Source: Candidatus Latescibacterota bacterium
GTDB taxonomy: Bacteria > Latescibacterota > UBA2968 > GCA-2709665
Assembly: GCA_965208835.1 (NCBI GenBank)
Contig: OZ242358.1
Coordinates: forward strand, 4,448,001 to 4,512,000
Length of the DNA stretch: 64,000 nucleotides
Direction of reading: 5' to 3'
Positions 10,403-20,919 of this stretch are shown piece after piece; within the stretch, counting starts at the first letter, position 1, and every line of letters begins with the position of its first letter. The position numbers and the translations under genes were made by a program. The notes beneath the pieces were generated by a model. It saw only the letters and a program-made list of their open reading frames with translations. It had not been told where the DNA came from and ran no database searches.

Positions 10403-11254
10403 TTGAAGCGATGGGGAAAGTGGTGGGTTGCGGTGATATGCATGAGCTCGGTCCTCTCGGTGAGCATCTGCGACCGAGCAAATGGATCCGGGCAGCGTGG
10501 TCAGTCAGAGCCGGAGCCGGAGCAACGGTCGGTAGGCGCCGTATTCAGGGACTGTGCGGAATGTCCTGAGATGGTGGTTTTACCATCGGGTTCGTTCATG
10601 ATGGGTTCGGATATGTACGAGGAGCCAAAGCACAAAGTAAAAATAGGGTACCTATTTGCGGTAGGTGTGTATGAGGTGACATTTGAAGAGTGGGACGCGT
10701 GTGTGTCTGCGGGCGGTTGCGGCGGCCATTCTCCGAACGACCGGGGCTGGGGCCGCCGGGACCGACCAGTGATGAACGTGAGTTGGGACGATGCAGTGTC
10801 TTACGTCGCGTGGTTGTCGAAACGCACGGGGGCATCGTATCGCCTGTTGAGCGAGTCGGAATGGGAGTACGCCGCACGCGCCGGTACAACGACGAAATTC
10901 AGCTGGGGTGACGAACCCGATTCCAACCGTGCGAATTGCGATGGCTGTGGCGGTCGGTGGGACGGCACAGAAAAAACGGCGCCGGTGGGCTGGTACCCCG
11001 CCAATGCCTGGGGAATTCACGACATGCACGGTAACGTGGAAGAGTGGGTTCAGGATTGCTGGAACGACCACTATCTGCGTGCACCGGCAGACGGATCGGC
11101 GTGGATGAGGGGCTTCTGTGGAGAGCGCGTCACGCGTGGCTATTGTTTCCGCAATCAATCCATACACGTCGGTTCGTCGCGGCGCCGGTCTTGGGAAAAG
11201 CAGTGGCGAAGTTCCTGTGCCGGCTTCCGTGTTGCTCTGACGCTTTCCCCGTGA
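10403..11254 (+). CDS. Formylglycine-generating enzyme family (FGE-sulfatase/SUMF1 domain) protein
   Basis: CPEMVVLPSGSFMMG, RLLSESEWEYAARAG, DMHGNVEEWVQD, GFRVA; start codon uncertain (TTG 10403 gives a signal peptide). Confidence 0.85.
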   Translation: MKRWGKWWVAVICMSSVLSVSICDRANGSGQRGQSEPEPEQRSVGAVFRDCAECPEMVVLPSGSFMMGSDMYEEPKHKVKIGYLFAVGVYEVTFEEWDACVSAGGCGGHSPNDRGWGRRDRPVMNVSWDDAVSYVAWLSKRTGASYRLLSESEWEYAARAGTTTKFSWGDEPDSNRANCDGCGGRWDGTEKTAPVGWYPANAWGIHDMHGNVEEWVQDCWNDHYLRAPADGSAWMRGFCGERVTRGYCFRNQSIHVGSSRRRSWEKQWRSSCAGFRVALTLSP

Positions 11255-11538
11255 GCCGTAACCACTTAAACTCTTGTGCGGGGAGGGGATCTTGGTGGCG
11301 CGTTGTTGGGAGTTGCGAATTATTCGGGTTAAGTGATTCAGGAGGCGAAACCGCACCACGCCGGCCTGTACCGAGAATCGCCGCGTGGTCGTCCACTTCG
11401 GACAAAGACGGCTCAGTGCCTGATTTGCGCGAGATGGGTTCTGTAGCTCATCTCACGCTTTCCCTTCGGTCCAGAACTCTATGTTAGATGGGAAGGAGAA
11501 GGTGAATCACAGAAGCACGTACGGGAGGGAGATTGAAA

Positions 11539-12381
11539 ATGAAGCGTCTATCTTGCCTGCTGTTGGGCATCCTCGGTTGCTTGCTGTTGTTGCATTCTGC
11601 GGCGCCTGCCGATTCGGACAGGGCTTTCCTGAGCAAGACGATCAAGGCGAAATTGAGGGAACCATCGGACATCTTCAATGCAAAATACGGGCGCCGAAGT
11701 ATTACGCTGATGCGTCTTGCAACCAGCGATTGCGAATTGCGTCTGGCTCTCTGGACGCTTATGGGCGAGCCGGTTCAGACTTACGAATTCCGCATGCCGC
11801 GCTTAAGGGAGTTGATCTTTGAGGCCGACGATGGATACGCGAATCGCGTTACCGTCAGTAGCGTCGGTGATTCAGAGGAGAACGATATCTCCTTTCACGG
11901 AGGATCGTCAGTCTACGTCACACAGGATGTGTTGGACAAAATCCAGTACGTGGGTTTCAGCTTTTCGATCAATACACACCAACTCTCTCCGTTGCCTGAG
12001 AAGTATCGTTCCGATAACAATTCCTGGACGCGTGCAAGCAGCTTTGACGCATATATCCATCTGTCGAACCCGGGCGTTTTGAAATCACCGGGGAAGTCGG
12101 GTTGGGATACTCCTGGAAGCCCCAAGTGGGATGAATTTTTGTCGAAATACAGGTATCCGCTGGAAGAAGGAGAGACCACCTTGGCAAAACGGCATTACAT
12201 GGAGGAACAGCAGGCCAAAGAAGCATTTCGCCGCATTCGGTGGCGATACCACAACAAAAAGGATGTGTTCGTTAACAATTGGTTTGATATCCATCACTTG
12301 CGTGTGAATCCGGGCCGAATTCTGGATCTTATCCGGCAACACAGTCCTGAGGCGTACACCGTGATTATGGAGAGGGAGTAA
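11539..12381 (+). CDS. Hypothetical secreted protein
   Basis: RBS, signal peptide, 280-aa ORF. Confidence 0.65.
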   Translation: MKRLSCLLLGILGCLLLLHSAAPADSDRAFLSKTIKAKLREPSDIFNAKYGRRSITLMRLATSDCELRLALWTLMGEPVQTYEFRMPRLRELIFEADDGYANRVTVSSVGDSEENDISFHGGSSVYVTQDVLDKIQYVGFSFSINTHQLSPLPEKYRSDNNSWTRASSFDAYIHLSNPGVLKSPGKSGWDTPGSPKWDEFLSKYRYPLEEGETTLAKRHYMEEQQAKEAFRRIRWRYHNKKDVFVNNWFDIHHLRVNPGRILDLIRQHSPEAYTVIMERE

Positions 12382-12406
12382 CAACAGCAAATGCGATGGT
12401 GCCTTT

Positions 12407-12814
12407 ATGGATTTTAAGAGGCTTGGCCGGACTGCCAGCTTCTTCGGGCTAGAAGGCCTCGGTGAGTGGCACGAATATGTATGTGTTGAGGTTATCACAC
12501 ACCAGCAGGACGACGATTTCGGCTTCAACGTAGTCCGTGTCCCAGTAGGATGTTTATTTCGTGAGCTCAGTCCTCGGCGGTATTCGTTCTCTTACACTAA
12601 CCTTGCGCCAGCCCGCGAGCGGTTCGGTGAACCATTTGATTACCATTCACACTTGAGGCACAATGCCGACATGTGTCTTCGAGCAGGGACGGATGAAATA
12701 GTTCTTCGCCGACAATTAAGAGGTGGGATGCGTGAGTATCGCCGAACAGACGCCGTTTGTAGCTCTGCTATAGAAGCGCCTCCAGATTTCCGACACACAG
12801 GTGGTTCCAGCTAA
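12407..12814 (+). CDS. Hypothetical protein
   Basis: 135-aa ORF co-oriented with its neighbours; no motif recognised. Confidence 0.35.
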   Translation: MDFKRLGRTASFFGLEGLGEWHEYVCVEVITHQQDDDFGFNVVRVPVGCLFRELSPRRYSFSYTNLAPARERFGEPFDYHSHLRHNADMCLRAGTDEIVLRRQLRGGMREYRRTDAVCSSAIEAPPDFRHTGGSS

Positions 12815-12886
12815 CTTACACTTTCGCGGCCGTCAAAAGCGAAAGTGCGGTTGGCCGTACATCAAGGACAGGAAGGGGAGTGAATC

Positions 12887-13576
12887 ATGTTACGTTTGTC
12901 GTCGTATTGGTGCCTAATCACGATCCTGTTTTCGATGCTTCTATTTGCGACGACGTCTGTCGCAGATACTCGAATCACATTTCGCGGAAGACATTTGGGC
13001 ACCGTAGAAGAACTGAAGATCGTTGGCGATAGCGAGGACTCGACACGGTTGATGATATCGACAGTCGCGCACTTGGACTCACTTTTACATATGCTGGACG
13101 AGGAAATGGCCGACAGGGGCTCTTTGGTTGGAGGATGCTCCGCAAGACTATATTGGCGCGAAGGTACCAGAATACGGTGGGGCGGCGAAAAACTCGGCTT
13201 GAAATCGAGAGTTCGATATCGAAAGCGAATATGTGCTGTTATCAAGACCCCATGGGTTTCGATATCGACTGATGTAGATTGGGAATTAAAGATCGTCCAG
13301 GGTAATGGTCTGGGTGATATTTGGTTAGCAGCCAGAGTCACGAACGTGAGAAACCTGCCACCTTGGTTAGAGGAAGTCCTTGATCTTCGCGTGAGTTCAG
13401 ACCTTAAAATTCCGTTTCCCGTCAAATGTGGAAGATGTACCTGTGCAAAAGTCGCCCAGGATCTTGACTTAGAAATGGAAAGTGTCAGCTTTGGGTACGA
13501 AAATGGCATGTTAAAGGTCGTCGTGCAATGGTCAGCTCGCGGGGATCGACTGTCAATGCTGCTCGGCTGTTTTTGA
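12887..13576 (+). CDS. Hypothetical secreted protein
   Basis: RBS, signal peptide, 229 aa. Confidence 0.65.
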   Translation: MLRLSSYWCLITILFSMLLFATTSVADTRITFRGRHLGTVEELKIVGDSEDSTRLMISTVAHLDSLLHMLDEEMADRGSLVGGCSARLYWREGTRIRWGGEKLGLKSRVRYRKRICAVIKTPWVSISTDVDWELKIVQGNGLGDIWLAARVTNVRNLPPWLEEVLDLRVSSDLKIPFPVKCGRCTCAKVAQDLDLEMESVSFGYENGMLKVVVQWSARGDRLSMLLGCF

Positions 13577-13977
13577 CAGTGGCAGTGATGGACTCTTGAA
13601 TCTGTCTTGATATAGCGAGCATGACTGTGGAACTTTCGGCCGAAGCGTGTGGTTGGAGTTGAATAAATGTGAGATGGTTTGTTCAGTAAGTGGGGACTCG
13701 ATCGTCATATATGATGGCGAAGTGATTCAATGCGGCTTTGAAGCTGTGTTCGTGTCTTGTCCAGCTTTCGCCGATGTTTCGACGGGCAGACCCTGCAAAT
13801 TCGGTCGTACCGAAGCAACGGCGCACGTTGCCATCGAAAAATCGAAGGACGACGGGAAATCCGAATCCTGACACGACCGTTGCTTTATCAATGGAAAAAA
13901 ACACGACTTACGTACGCCGGCGCCTGGTGCGGTTTACTGAGCGGGGATCAACGAAGAAATAAAGGAGGAATCTCGGT

Positions 13978-14421
13978 ATGGCGAATGGAGATCAGTCGTC
14001 GGACACTCTAAAGGAGGCTTACAAGGGTTTCCTTGAAGCCCTTGAGACTATTGTGGAACAGTGGGCAGGAAATATCCCAAAGGCTAAGGAATTTTCCGAG
14101 TCGGTTTTTGATGGGTTAAAGGGCGAAGAAGCATGCTGTTTGGTTGTTGAGGCCCTCAACGAACAGCATGAAGCAGTAAAATCAGCGTTCAAGGTCGAGT
14201 TGGAATTTTTCAATGCGAAATACACGGACGATAATTTACGGGGATTACTGCAATCTTCAGGTGTGGCGCTGGCGAAGAAACGTGAATTTGTAGAACGTGC
14301 TTTGGAAGACGGAGATACCGTAAAGAAATCCCTTGAGGAATTAGTGGGCTCTACACTTCCAGGTTGGTTGAAGAAGATGCTCAAATTACTGAACGAGTTG
14401 CTAAAGCTCGTAAGGCCCTGA
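13978..14421 (+). CDS. Hypothetical helical protein
   Basis: Strong AGGAGG RBS, 147-aa ORF. Confidence 0.65.
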   Translation: MANGDQSSDTLKEAYKGFLEALETIVEQWAGNIPKAKEFSESVFDGLKGEEACCLVVEALNEQHEAVKSAFKVELEFFNAKYTDDNLRGLLQSSGVALAKKREFVERALEDGDTVKKSLEELVGSTLPGWLKKMLKLLNELLKLVRP

Positions 14422-14518
14422 GAAGGGGTGGGAGCAAGTGAGCGGCAGGACAACGCCGGAGGAAGGAGTGAATCCGGAAATGAACACCGGCTTGTGGTTG
14501 TCCCTACCGTCGTATCAA

Positions 14519-14848
14519 GGGAACCCAGTTAAACCGCTGCCGGATGGATTGGGCACGAATTCTCCATAGATACGCTTTTTGTCAATCGGAAATCCCGAGG
14601 AATCGCAATGAATTCTACGGATTGAGGAAAGAAGAAGCCGGTTATGGCGGTTGCGAGGAGCGAGTATCAGCCTACGATGGCGAAGACGGAGGAGGAGGTC
14701 GCGATTGAGGCGAGACCGGAGGAATTGCTGCGGACGGTAGTGCGGGGGAGATAGATTTGAAGCTGATTGATTCGAAGAAGGGTGGCCGAAAGGCAGCAGG
14801 GCAAGACGGCCAACGATTGGCGGAATGTTACACTGAGTTAGAATTCCC
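14519..14848. mobile_element. Degenerate relative of the 5504-5856 element
   Basis: Internal EEVAIEARPEELLRTVV vs EEVVIDASPEELLRVVL; similar right end (AATGTTACACTGAGTTAGAATTCCC); left end uncertain, no TSD seen. Confidence 0.55.
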
Positions 14849-14852
14849 TTAA

Positions 14853-15124
14853 CTATGAAAGCAGCTTTGAAACCACGGCTCCAGCGATTCCATCACATGC
14901 AGTCAATACAAGAAGGACCGCACCCGCTATCCATCTGGTAGCCGTAATCATGCCCTTGAATTGATTTTGCGTTTCTACAATTGCCAGGTTACTCTCTGCG
15001 AGTTTTTCTCTTCTCTTTTCAATTTTATCAAGTGTTTCAGCATTGGAGTCTACTCGTGTCTCCAGCCTGGCGAGTGTTACCTGAATGCCGTTATGTCCTT
15101 TTTGATTTCTTCAAGTGTGATCAT
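14853..15124 (-). pseudogene. Small coiled-coil + C-terminal TM protein, frameshifted
   Basis: MITLEEIKKDI, frameshift, then GIQVTLARLETRVD...RWIAGAVLLVLTA... Confidence 0.45.
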
Positions 15125-15843
15125 TGCGCACCCTCGTTTCTTGAAACATTACGCAATCGAACTCACCTTGTCAAGCCCAAACATGATGAGTCCTGGTTTT
15201 TCCGGATCGCAACAAGGGAATGTTTTTTAACTATATTATTCCCAAACACTTCCGTATAGAAAAAACGCGAGGGCGTTCAGGACGTTAGGGAGTGCTATTT
15301 TGGAAGAAACAAGCTCATCAGTTCGGATTTTGAGAAAATTAGGTTCTCACACGTGCAGCGCAACTTCGTACAGGCCAGAACCGGCTTTCTTGTTTGATTT
15401 TCAATAAGCAGTGATGCCTACGGGAAGGTGACGGCAGCGGAAACCGAAGAAGCGTTGGATGTTCTTCTCGGAACCTGGTCAAGGGGAGTGTGAAAGGAAG
15501 TTCGGGTGGGGTCCGTGTTTGGCCGCGTTTCCGGTGTCCGACCGGGGCCCTTTCATTTCCGGCGCCGCGATCAACTTTGTCGTGGATCGGGCGAGACGGT
15601 ATCGGCAATCTGTAGGGCCGGTTGATGTACCGCCACGAACCGGCGATCCGGAACTGGATGCCCGAGGCCGACCGAGACGAAGCTCGACGCGCCGACGATA
15701 TAATCACGCGGGAACGTCAGGTACGTGCGCGGTTGCGTCTCGAGAACAAGCAGCTCCACGCCTGCTTCCAACTCGTACGACGCTTCCGATGCCGTCATTT
15801 CGTCAACGTTCCTCCGCCAGGAACACCTGGCGCAGCGGTTCCA

Positions 15844-17265
15844 TCACTTCCCTGCGATATCCAGTTCTTTCCAATTGCTGGGAGGGCCCTCCTTCAACAG
15901 CTTGAATAGCGTCCTTGCCGCGATATCGAAACCTGTGTCGAACGCATTCCGATATCTCTCCGGCGATGGTCTGGGCGTATTACCGTGTACGATTTCCGAC
16001 CTTAGGTCGTAGAACTCCTCGACTGACTCCATGACCCGAACCCGTTCTTCCGGGTCTCCGCCCAGAAACCACGATGACCGGGTGCTCAATTTGCGGGTTA
16101 TCTTCCATCTGTCCAACTCATACATCCGCTCCAGTGCGATGGCGACGTCCAGAATTTTGTCTTCTGACGCGTGTCGGTTGTCACGGGCGAGAGCTTCCGC
16201 TAACCTTGAAATCGCCGGAACGTATCTCTGAAACCTGCCCTGATCCGTTTGCTTGAAGAGCTCAATGGATTGAAGCATCCCAACTCGGTCGAGCGGATGG
16301 GTTTGTGTCCCGATAACTGGCAGGTATTCCCACGTTTTCCAACTCACATCGTAGGGGTAGTGCGGTCGCCCGAAGAGCAGTGATGCTCTCTGGTCGTGGC
16401 AGAAACCGAGATCCGTCAGGTAGTAGACTGGCACTCTCTGGGTGACCGTGAGAAGTTCGACAAATTCCCGGGCACGCTCGAAAAATGGCTACGCGTCACT
16501 GAAAGGCGGCGTGTCCCAATCTACCTCCGGCGGATCGGATTCCAGAGAAAAAAGTGTGGGCTTCCAACGGAAGCGTTGGATGATGGCGCCAACGGGCTTC
16601 CAACTCTTCCATCTGACTACGTGGGGTGCTACGTCTATCAGAACGTCTCTTTCCAGGAAAGCGTCCAAATCTTCAAATGGAACGACCTCAACGTTTTCAA
16701 AGATCTCGAACCGTTCGCCGAACTCCAGACCGTAGAAGACCGCAACATGGTATCCGACGTCCAGGTTTAGGAAAACGGGATGGGCTTCGTCCACAACGCT
16801 CAGATTCAGCAGCGCGTCCAATTCTGTCGACGCAACCCGAAAACCATCTCTTCCCAATTGGTCCGCACGGCACATTAGCCCGGCAACCATTGCGAGCCTC
16901 GACGAGGAAAGGCCACGAGTGAGAAATCGAGCATTGAATTCATTCGATTGTGCATTCTGCGCCACGACGTCCGCCACTGCAGGGTGTTCCCCTACGATGT
17001 CTCTTGCGACGCTCAGGACCTTTCGCATCGGCGCGTAATGTTCCACGAAATAACTTCCATCTCTCAAACAATCTGAACAATAGAACTTGCGCAAAGCACT
17101 CGACGGGTCGGACGTCGTGGAGCCTGGAGTTCTATCCATTACTCTGCGCTGCTCCAGCCTGCGGCGCTCGTCAAGTTCATCTTGATAGTGCCTCTGAACG
17201 TCCGCTACCTCGGCAAGCGCATTCCCAAGGCGTTCGACCCATCCTGTTTTAAGAAATGAAGTCAT
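15844..17265 (-). pseudogene. HEPN-domain (Apea-like) protein with one in-frame TAG
   Basis: ORFs 16489..17280 and 15844..16434 share a frame and are separated only by TAG at 16489-16491; Rx4H motif in YDLRSEIVHG; IALERMY helix. Confidence 0.8.
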
Positions 17266-17645
17266 CTTCTCACAAACCAAGTTTTCGGCCCTCCTTGCTG
17301 TCCTTCACCTCTGTACAATACAGATTGTCGAGTCTCCGAACTTCCGAGTCTGCTCAAGAGATAATCTAGTTCATTGGATAGCGTCCCGCGTGAGTTCCAA
17401 GCCCATAATCTCAGATGGTGTTCCTGGCTGTTGCGCTATCCTCGTCACCGCCGGACACCAGACCTCTTACCCCGGGCGAACTCTTGAACAATTCTCCGCC
17501 GGGTATCTTGAGAGGTTGCCGATGTCCATGAATCCGATTTGGAATCTCCCGAATTGGCGCTTGAGCAGATAATTCGCTAAATGCGTGGCGAATAACCCTT
17601 CTTCATCACATAAACCAAAGCCAGACGAACAGGTCCTGCACACGT

Positions 17646-17816
17646 GGGCAGACAGGAATGTCCGCCCCACCCTCAAAGTGCAGGCGCCCACAAGGGACGC
17701 CCCTACACTGCAAACTTGGCCGGGTGAGAGCGTGCCGTGATATGGCAATTCGCAGCGGCGCAGCGGTGTTGCATAATGCGTCGCTCGTCGCATTTTGCAA
17801 CAGTGGGAGGGCCATC
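17646..17816 (-). repeat. Conserved 3' tail module (boxes + two REPs), copy after 17817..20336
   Basis: GTGG-REP 17646-17670, GTAG-REP 17683-17706, boxes 17767-17783 and 17786-17802. Confidence 0.85.
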
Positions 17817-20336
17817 TTATACGGACTGGCCGAAGGCGTTCGCCAGGATCACGAAGTCCGAGAACCCGACCTCACCGTCGCCGTCCAGGTCAAAGCGCGG
17901 GTCGTAGTCGGCCTCGCTACGGCCTGTTCCAAACTTCCTTGCGAACTGGACAAAGTCTGCGAAATCCACCTGCCCGTCGGCGTTGAGGTCGGGGCTGCCC
18001 TGCGCGTGGGCGCTGAACACCGCCGGTGTCAGGCCCGCCGCCCGCGCCACCACCGTGTTCCTCCCCGCTGCGGGACCCAGCGTCAGCGTCGTGGCGGCGT
18101 TGCCACTCGTATCGGCCCTGGCCGACGCCGGCCGCACCTTCCCGCCGCCTTCGGTGACGCTGAACAAGACCGGCATGCCCGGAAACGGGTCCCCGTGCCG
18201 GTCCCACACCGACACCACGAACGGCGCCGGCAGCGACGTCCCTGACGTGCCCCTTTGCCCATCCCCGGACACGAGCGTCACGCGCTCGGGGCGCTGCCGC
18301 ACCCACTCCGACGTGTCCCACAGCTCTATCGTGCCGCTGAAGCCTCCCACGGCCAGCACGGACCCGTCGTGCCAATAGGCCAAAGACGTGGGGGACCCCG
18401 TGTGCGGCAGCCGCGCGTAGATCTTCCCCGTGGCGGCGTCGCGCACGATGACCGTGCCCTCGGGGCCGCCGCTGGCCAGCGTCTCCCCGTCCGGAGAAAA
18501 CGCCAGAACATTGACGCTGGGCGCATGCACGATCTTCATTTCGGCGACTGTATTTCGCGTGGTCACGTCCCAGAACGCGATCACATCCGAGGCCGCAGCC
18601 AGGGTCCTGCCGTCCGGCGAGGGCGCAATCCTTTTTAAACCCTTCTCGCCAGGCCGCACGAGGACGCCTCGTACTCTACGCGCGGCCCAGTCCCACAACC
18701 GGATGGAATTGTCGTAGGAAGCCGACGCCAGAACACTGCCGTCGGGAGAAAACAGCAAATGCTCGACCGGTCGCGTATGCCCTTTGAGGACGCCCGTCAT
18801 CTCGCCCGTGGCCGCGTCCCACGTCTTCATATTGTCCTCATCGGTAAATGAAGCCGACACCAGCGTCGCCCCGTCGGGCGAGAACGCCAGCGCAAGGATC
18901 CACCACGTATGCCCTGCCAGCGTGCCCGTCCGTTTTTGCGACGCCACGTCCCACAGCCCGATCCAGCCGCTGGCTGTCCCTGCCGCCAGCGTCGACCCGT
19001 CCGGCGACAGCGCCACCGCCCAGATTCTCTCATCCCCCACGTCCAGCGTGGCCAGCTCCTCATACGTCTTCGTATCCCACAGCCGGACGGTGCTGTCCGT
19101 CGATCCCGATGCCAGCGTCGATCCGTCCGCCGAGAGCGCGAGCGATACGTAACGTCCTTCGCCGTGCCCTTCCAGCGTGCCCACGTGATACGGCGACCGC
19201 TGCGCGAACCTCCATCGCCCGTCTCCATGATTGCCCTGCTTGTCCACCGCCTGGAATTGGATAAAATGGGACGGCGGGTCCGACAACGTCGTGATAACTC
19301 GGTTAGACCAGCTGGGGTTGAGGCCGTCATATTCGTACTCGATGACCGCTTCCTTCTCACCCGAGAACACCCTGCAGTCCTTGGCATCGAGTGACAGGTC
19401 ATAACTGGTAGTTTTTTGGTTAACCAACACGAACAGCAGATGCAGGCCGTGACGCGCTTCGAGCTTCAGACGCACGGTGATGCGCTCCGCGCCCTTATCA
19501 TACCACAAGGGCGACAGAAGCTCCACCGTGGGCCGTGCGTCCCAATCCGCCCTTTCGAGGGGTACCGCCGCGTTTAAAAACGGACTCACCGACAGGAACG
19601 CCGCGCTGCATGCCGATATTCGGATGGGTCTGTCGCCTTTGATAGAGCTGGAACCCAGGATGCCGTGATCGTTTCGATAGTCGTGCCACATCAACCCGAA
19701 GGCGTGCGCCAGCTCGTGCGCGGCTGTAGAGAACCTGGTTCTGCCGGGAACCAGCAAACTCCCGCCGTCTTTACCCCCGGCCGCGATGCCCGCCGGGCCG
19801 TTTCCCAGCCAGAACTCACGACGGTTGTCAATCATGACGAAGTAAACCACGCCCCTTCGATCGAACACCTGCCAGACCTCCTCGAATGTCAGATAGCTCA
19901 TTCGGTCGCGATAATAATTGTTGGCGTGCGCCCCGTCCAGGCGATGCACCACGGGCGCTCCGTACCCGTCCGCCTCGTACCGGAACGTCGTGTACCCGTA
20001 CCCGTGCGCTTCCATCTGCTCCCCGAAGAGCCGCTGCAGTCGCACCATCCACGCCTTCATCGTATCCACCAACGACTGACGGTACGGACGGTCGTTCGGC
20101 AGAAAGTAGATCATCCGCACCGTACGCGGCTCACCCGCGTTCAACTCCGACGTCCGCTTGCCCGCAACCTGTGCGTTCTCAACTTGCCACCCCTCCTCTT
20201 TCAACACCACGCCGTGAAACACGCTGTCAGACCGCACGGGCGAAGCGGAACCCGTTGCTGGCAGCCACAGCATGCCAACAAAGCACGACCCCGCCGTCAC
20301 CCACGGCATCAGACGCAATACGCACCGTCGCAGCAT
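17817..20336 (-). CDS. Secreted zinc-metalloprotease-like + WD40 + Ig (Big_1-like) + EF-hand/dockerin-like protein
   Basis: Signal peptide; HELAHAFGLMWHD; multiple GH...WD repeats; DLNADGQVDFADFV...DLDGDGEVGFSDF. Confidence 0.9.
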   Translation of the reverse strand: MLRRCVLRLMPWVTAGSCFVGMLWLPATGSASPVRSDSVFHGVVLKEEGWQVENAQVAGKRTSELNAGEPRTVRMIYFLPNDRPYRQSLVDTMKAWMVRLQRLFGEQMEAHGYGYTTFRYEADGYGAPVVHRLDGAHANNYYRDRMSYLTFEEVWQVFDRRGVVYFVMIDNRREFWLGNGPAGIAAGGKDGGSLLVPGRTRFSTAAHELAHAFGLMWHDYRNDHGILGSSSIKGDRPIRISACSAAFLSVSPFLNAAVPLERADWDARPTVELLSPLWYDKGAERITVRLKLEARHGLHLLFVLVNQKTTSYDLSLDAKDCRVFSGEKEAVIEYEYDGLNPSWSNRVITTLSDPPSHFIQFQAVDKQGNHGDGRWRFAQRSPYHVGTLEGHGEGRYVSLALSADGSTLASGSTDSTVRLWDTKTYEELATLDVGDERIWAVALSPDGSTLAAGTASGWIGLWDVASQKRTGTLAGHTWWILALAFSPDGATLVSASFTDEDNMKTWDAATGEMTGVLKGHTRPVEHLLFSPDGSVLASASYDNSIRLWDWAARRVRGVLVRPGEKGLKRIAPSPDGRTLAAASDVIAFWDVTTRNTVAEMKIVHAPSVNVLAFSPDGETLASGGPEGTVIVRDAATGKIYARLPHTGSPTSLAYWHDGSVLAVGGFSGTIELWDTSEWVRQRPERVTLVSGDGQRGTSGTSLPAPFVVSVWDRHGDPFPGMPVLFSVTEGGGKVRPASARADTSGNAATTLTLGPAAGRNTVVARAAGLTPAVFSAHAQGSPDLNADGQVDFADFVQFARKFGTGRSEADYDPRFDLDGDGEVGFSDFVILANAFGQSV

Positions 20337-20440
20337 AACCGGATCCTCCCTTTGGTCTCATCCCAATGTCACGTCGACAACCGTCGCTCCGTCGTGTACA
20401 AACGGCTTCCGATACCGGCGTCATCCGTGCCGTTGGCAGG

Positions 20441-20641
20441 TCACGATCCGCCACCGCCGCGCGCGGCAGCGTCGCTTTCGATATACCCCGACAGGATCAC
20501 GAAATCCGCGTAGTTGATCGTCCCGTCGCCGTTCAGGTCCATCCGCCGGTCATACCCCGCGTCCGACCTGCGCAGACCCATCATCTTATTGAACAGCTTC
20601 GCGTCCGCGGCGTCGCGCCTCCCGTCGCCGTTGAAGTCGCC
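20441..20641 (-). pseudogene. 3' stump (dockerin-like domain) of an FN3/Ig gene
   Basis: Near-identical to 29602-29800; the intergenic 20337-20440 also duplicates 29498-29601. Confidence 0.85.
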
Positions 20642-20650
20642 TTACAGGAG

Positions 20651-20919
20651 ACCCCTCCCCCGGCCCCTCCCCGGCGCGGGGAGGGGTGCAGTGCCGGACA
20701 CCGTAATCTCCAGAGGTCGGGTTGATGTACGCGGGCAGACAGGATTGTCCGCCCCACCTTCACACGTGCTTCCTGACGGTCCGGGCGCCCACAAGAGACG
20801 CCCCTACACCGCAATCGTGGCCGGGTGATCCGGTACCGCGAATTGACAATTCGCGGCGCGGCAGGTGTGTCGCAAATTGCGCCGCTGATGTCGCATTATG
20901 CGACAGTACGAGGGCCATC
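20651..20919 (-). repeat. Conserved 3' tail module plus a third REP type
   Basis: CCCCTCCCC..GGGGAGGGG REP 20651-20688, GTGG-REP 20733-20757, GTAG-REP 20783-20807, hairpin 20836-20856, boxes 20868-20884 and 20889-20905. Confidence 0.85.

Noticed and set aside
10240-10406. Possible LysM-like remnant (TIERIAKVNGCQNP)
   Set aside because: Too short and interrupted by a stop
10403-11254. FGE-sulfatase (C-type lectin fold) gene as a DGR target
   Set aside because: No template repeat or reverse transcriptase in the window; cannot be excluded elsewhere in the genome
11260-11338. Short imperfect inverted repeat AACCACTTAAAC / GGGTTAAGTGATT
   Set aside because: Might be IS-end debris, but there is no TSD or second copy
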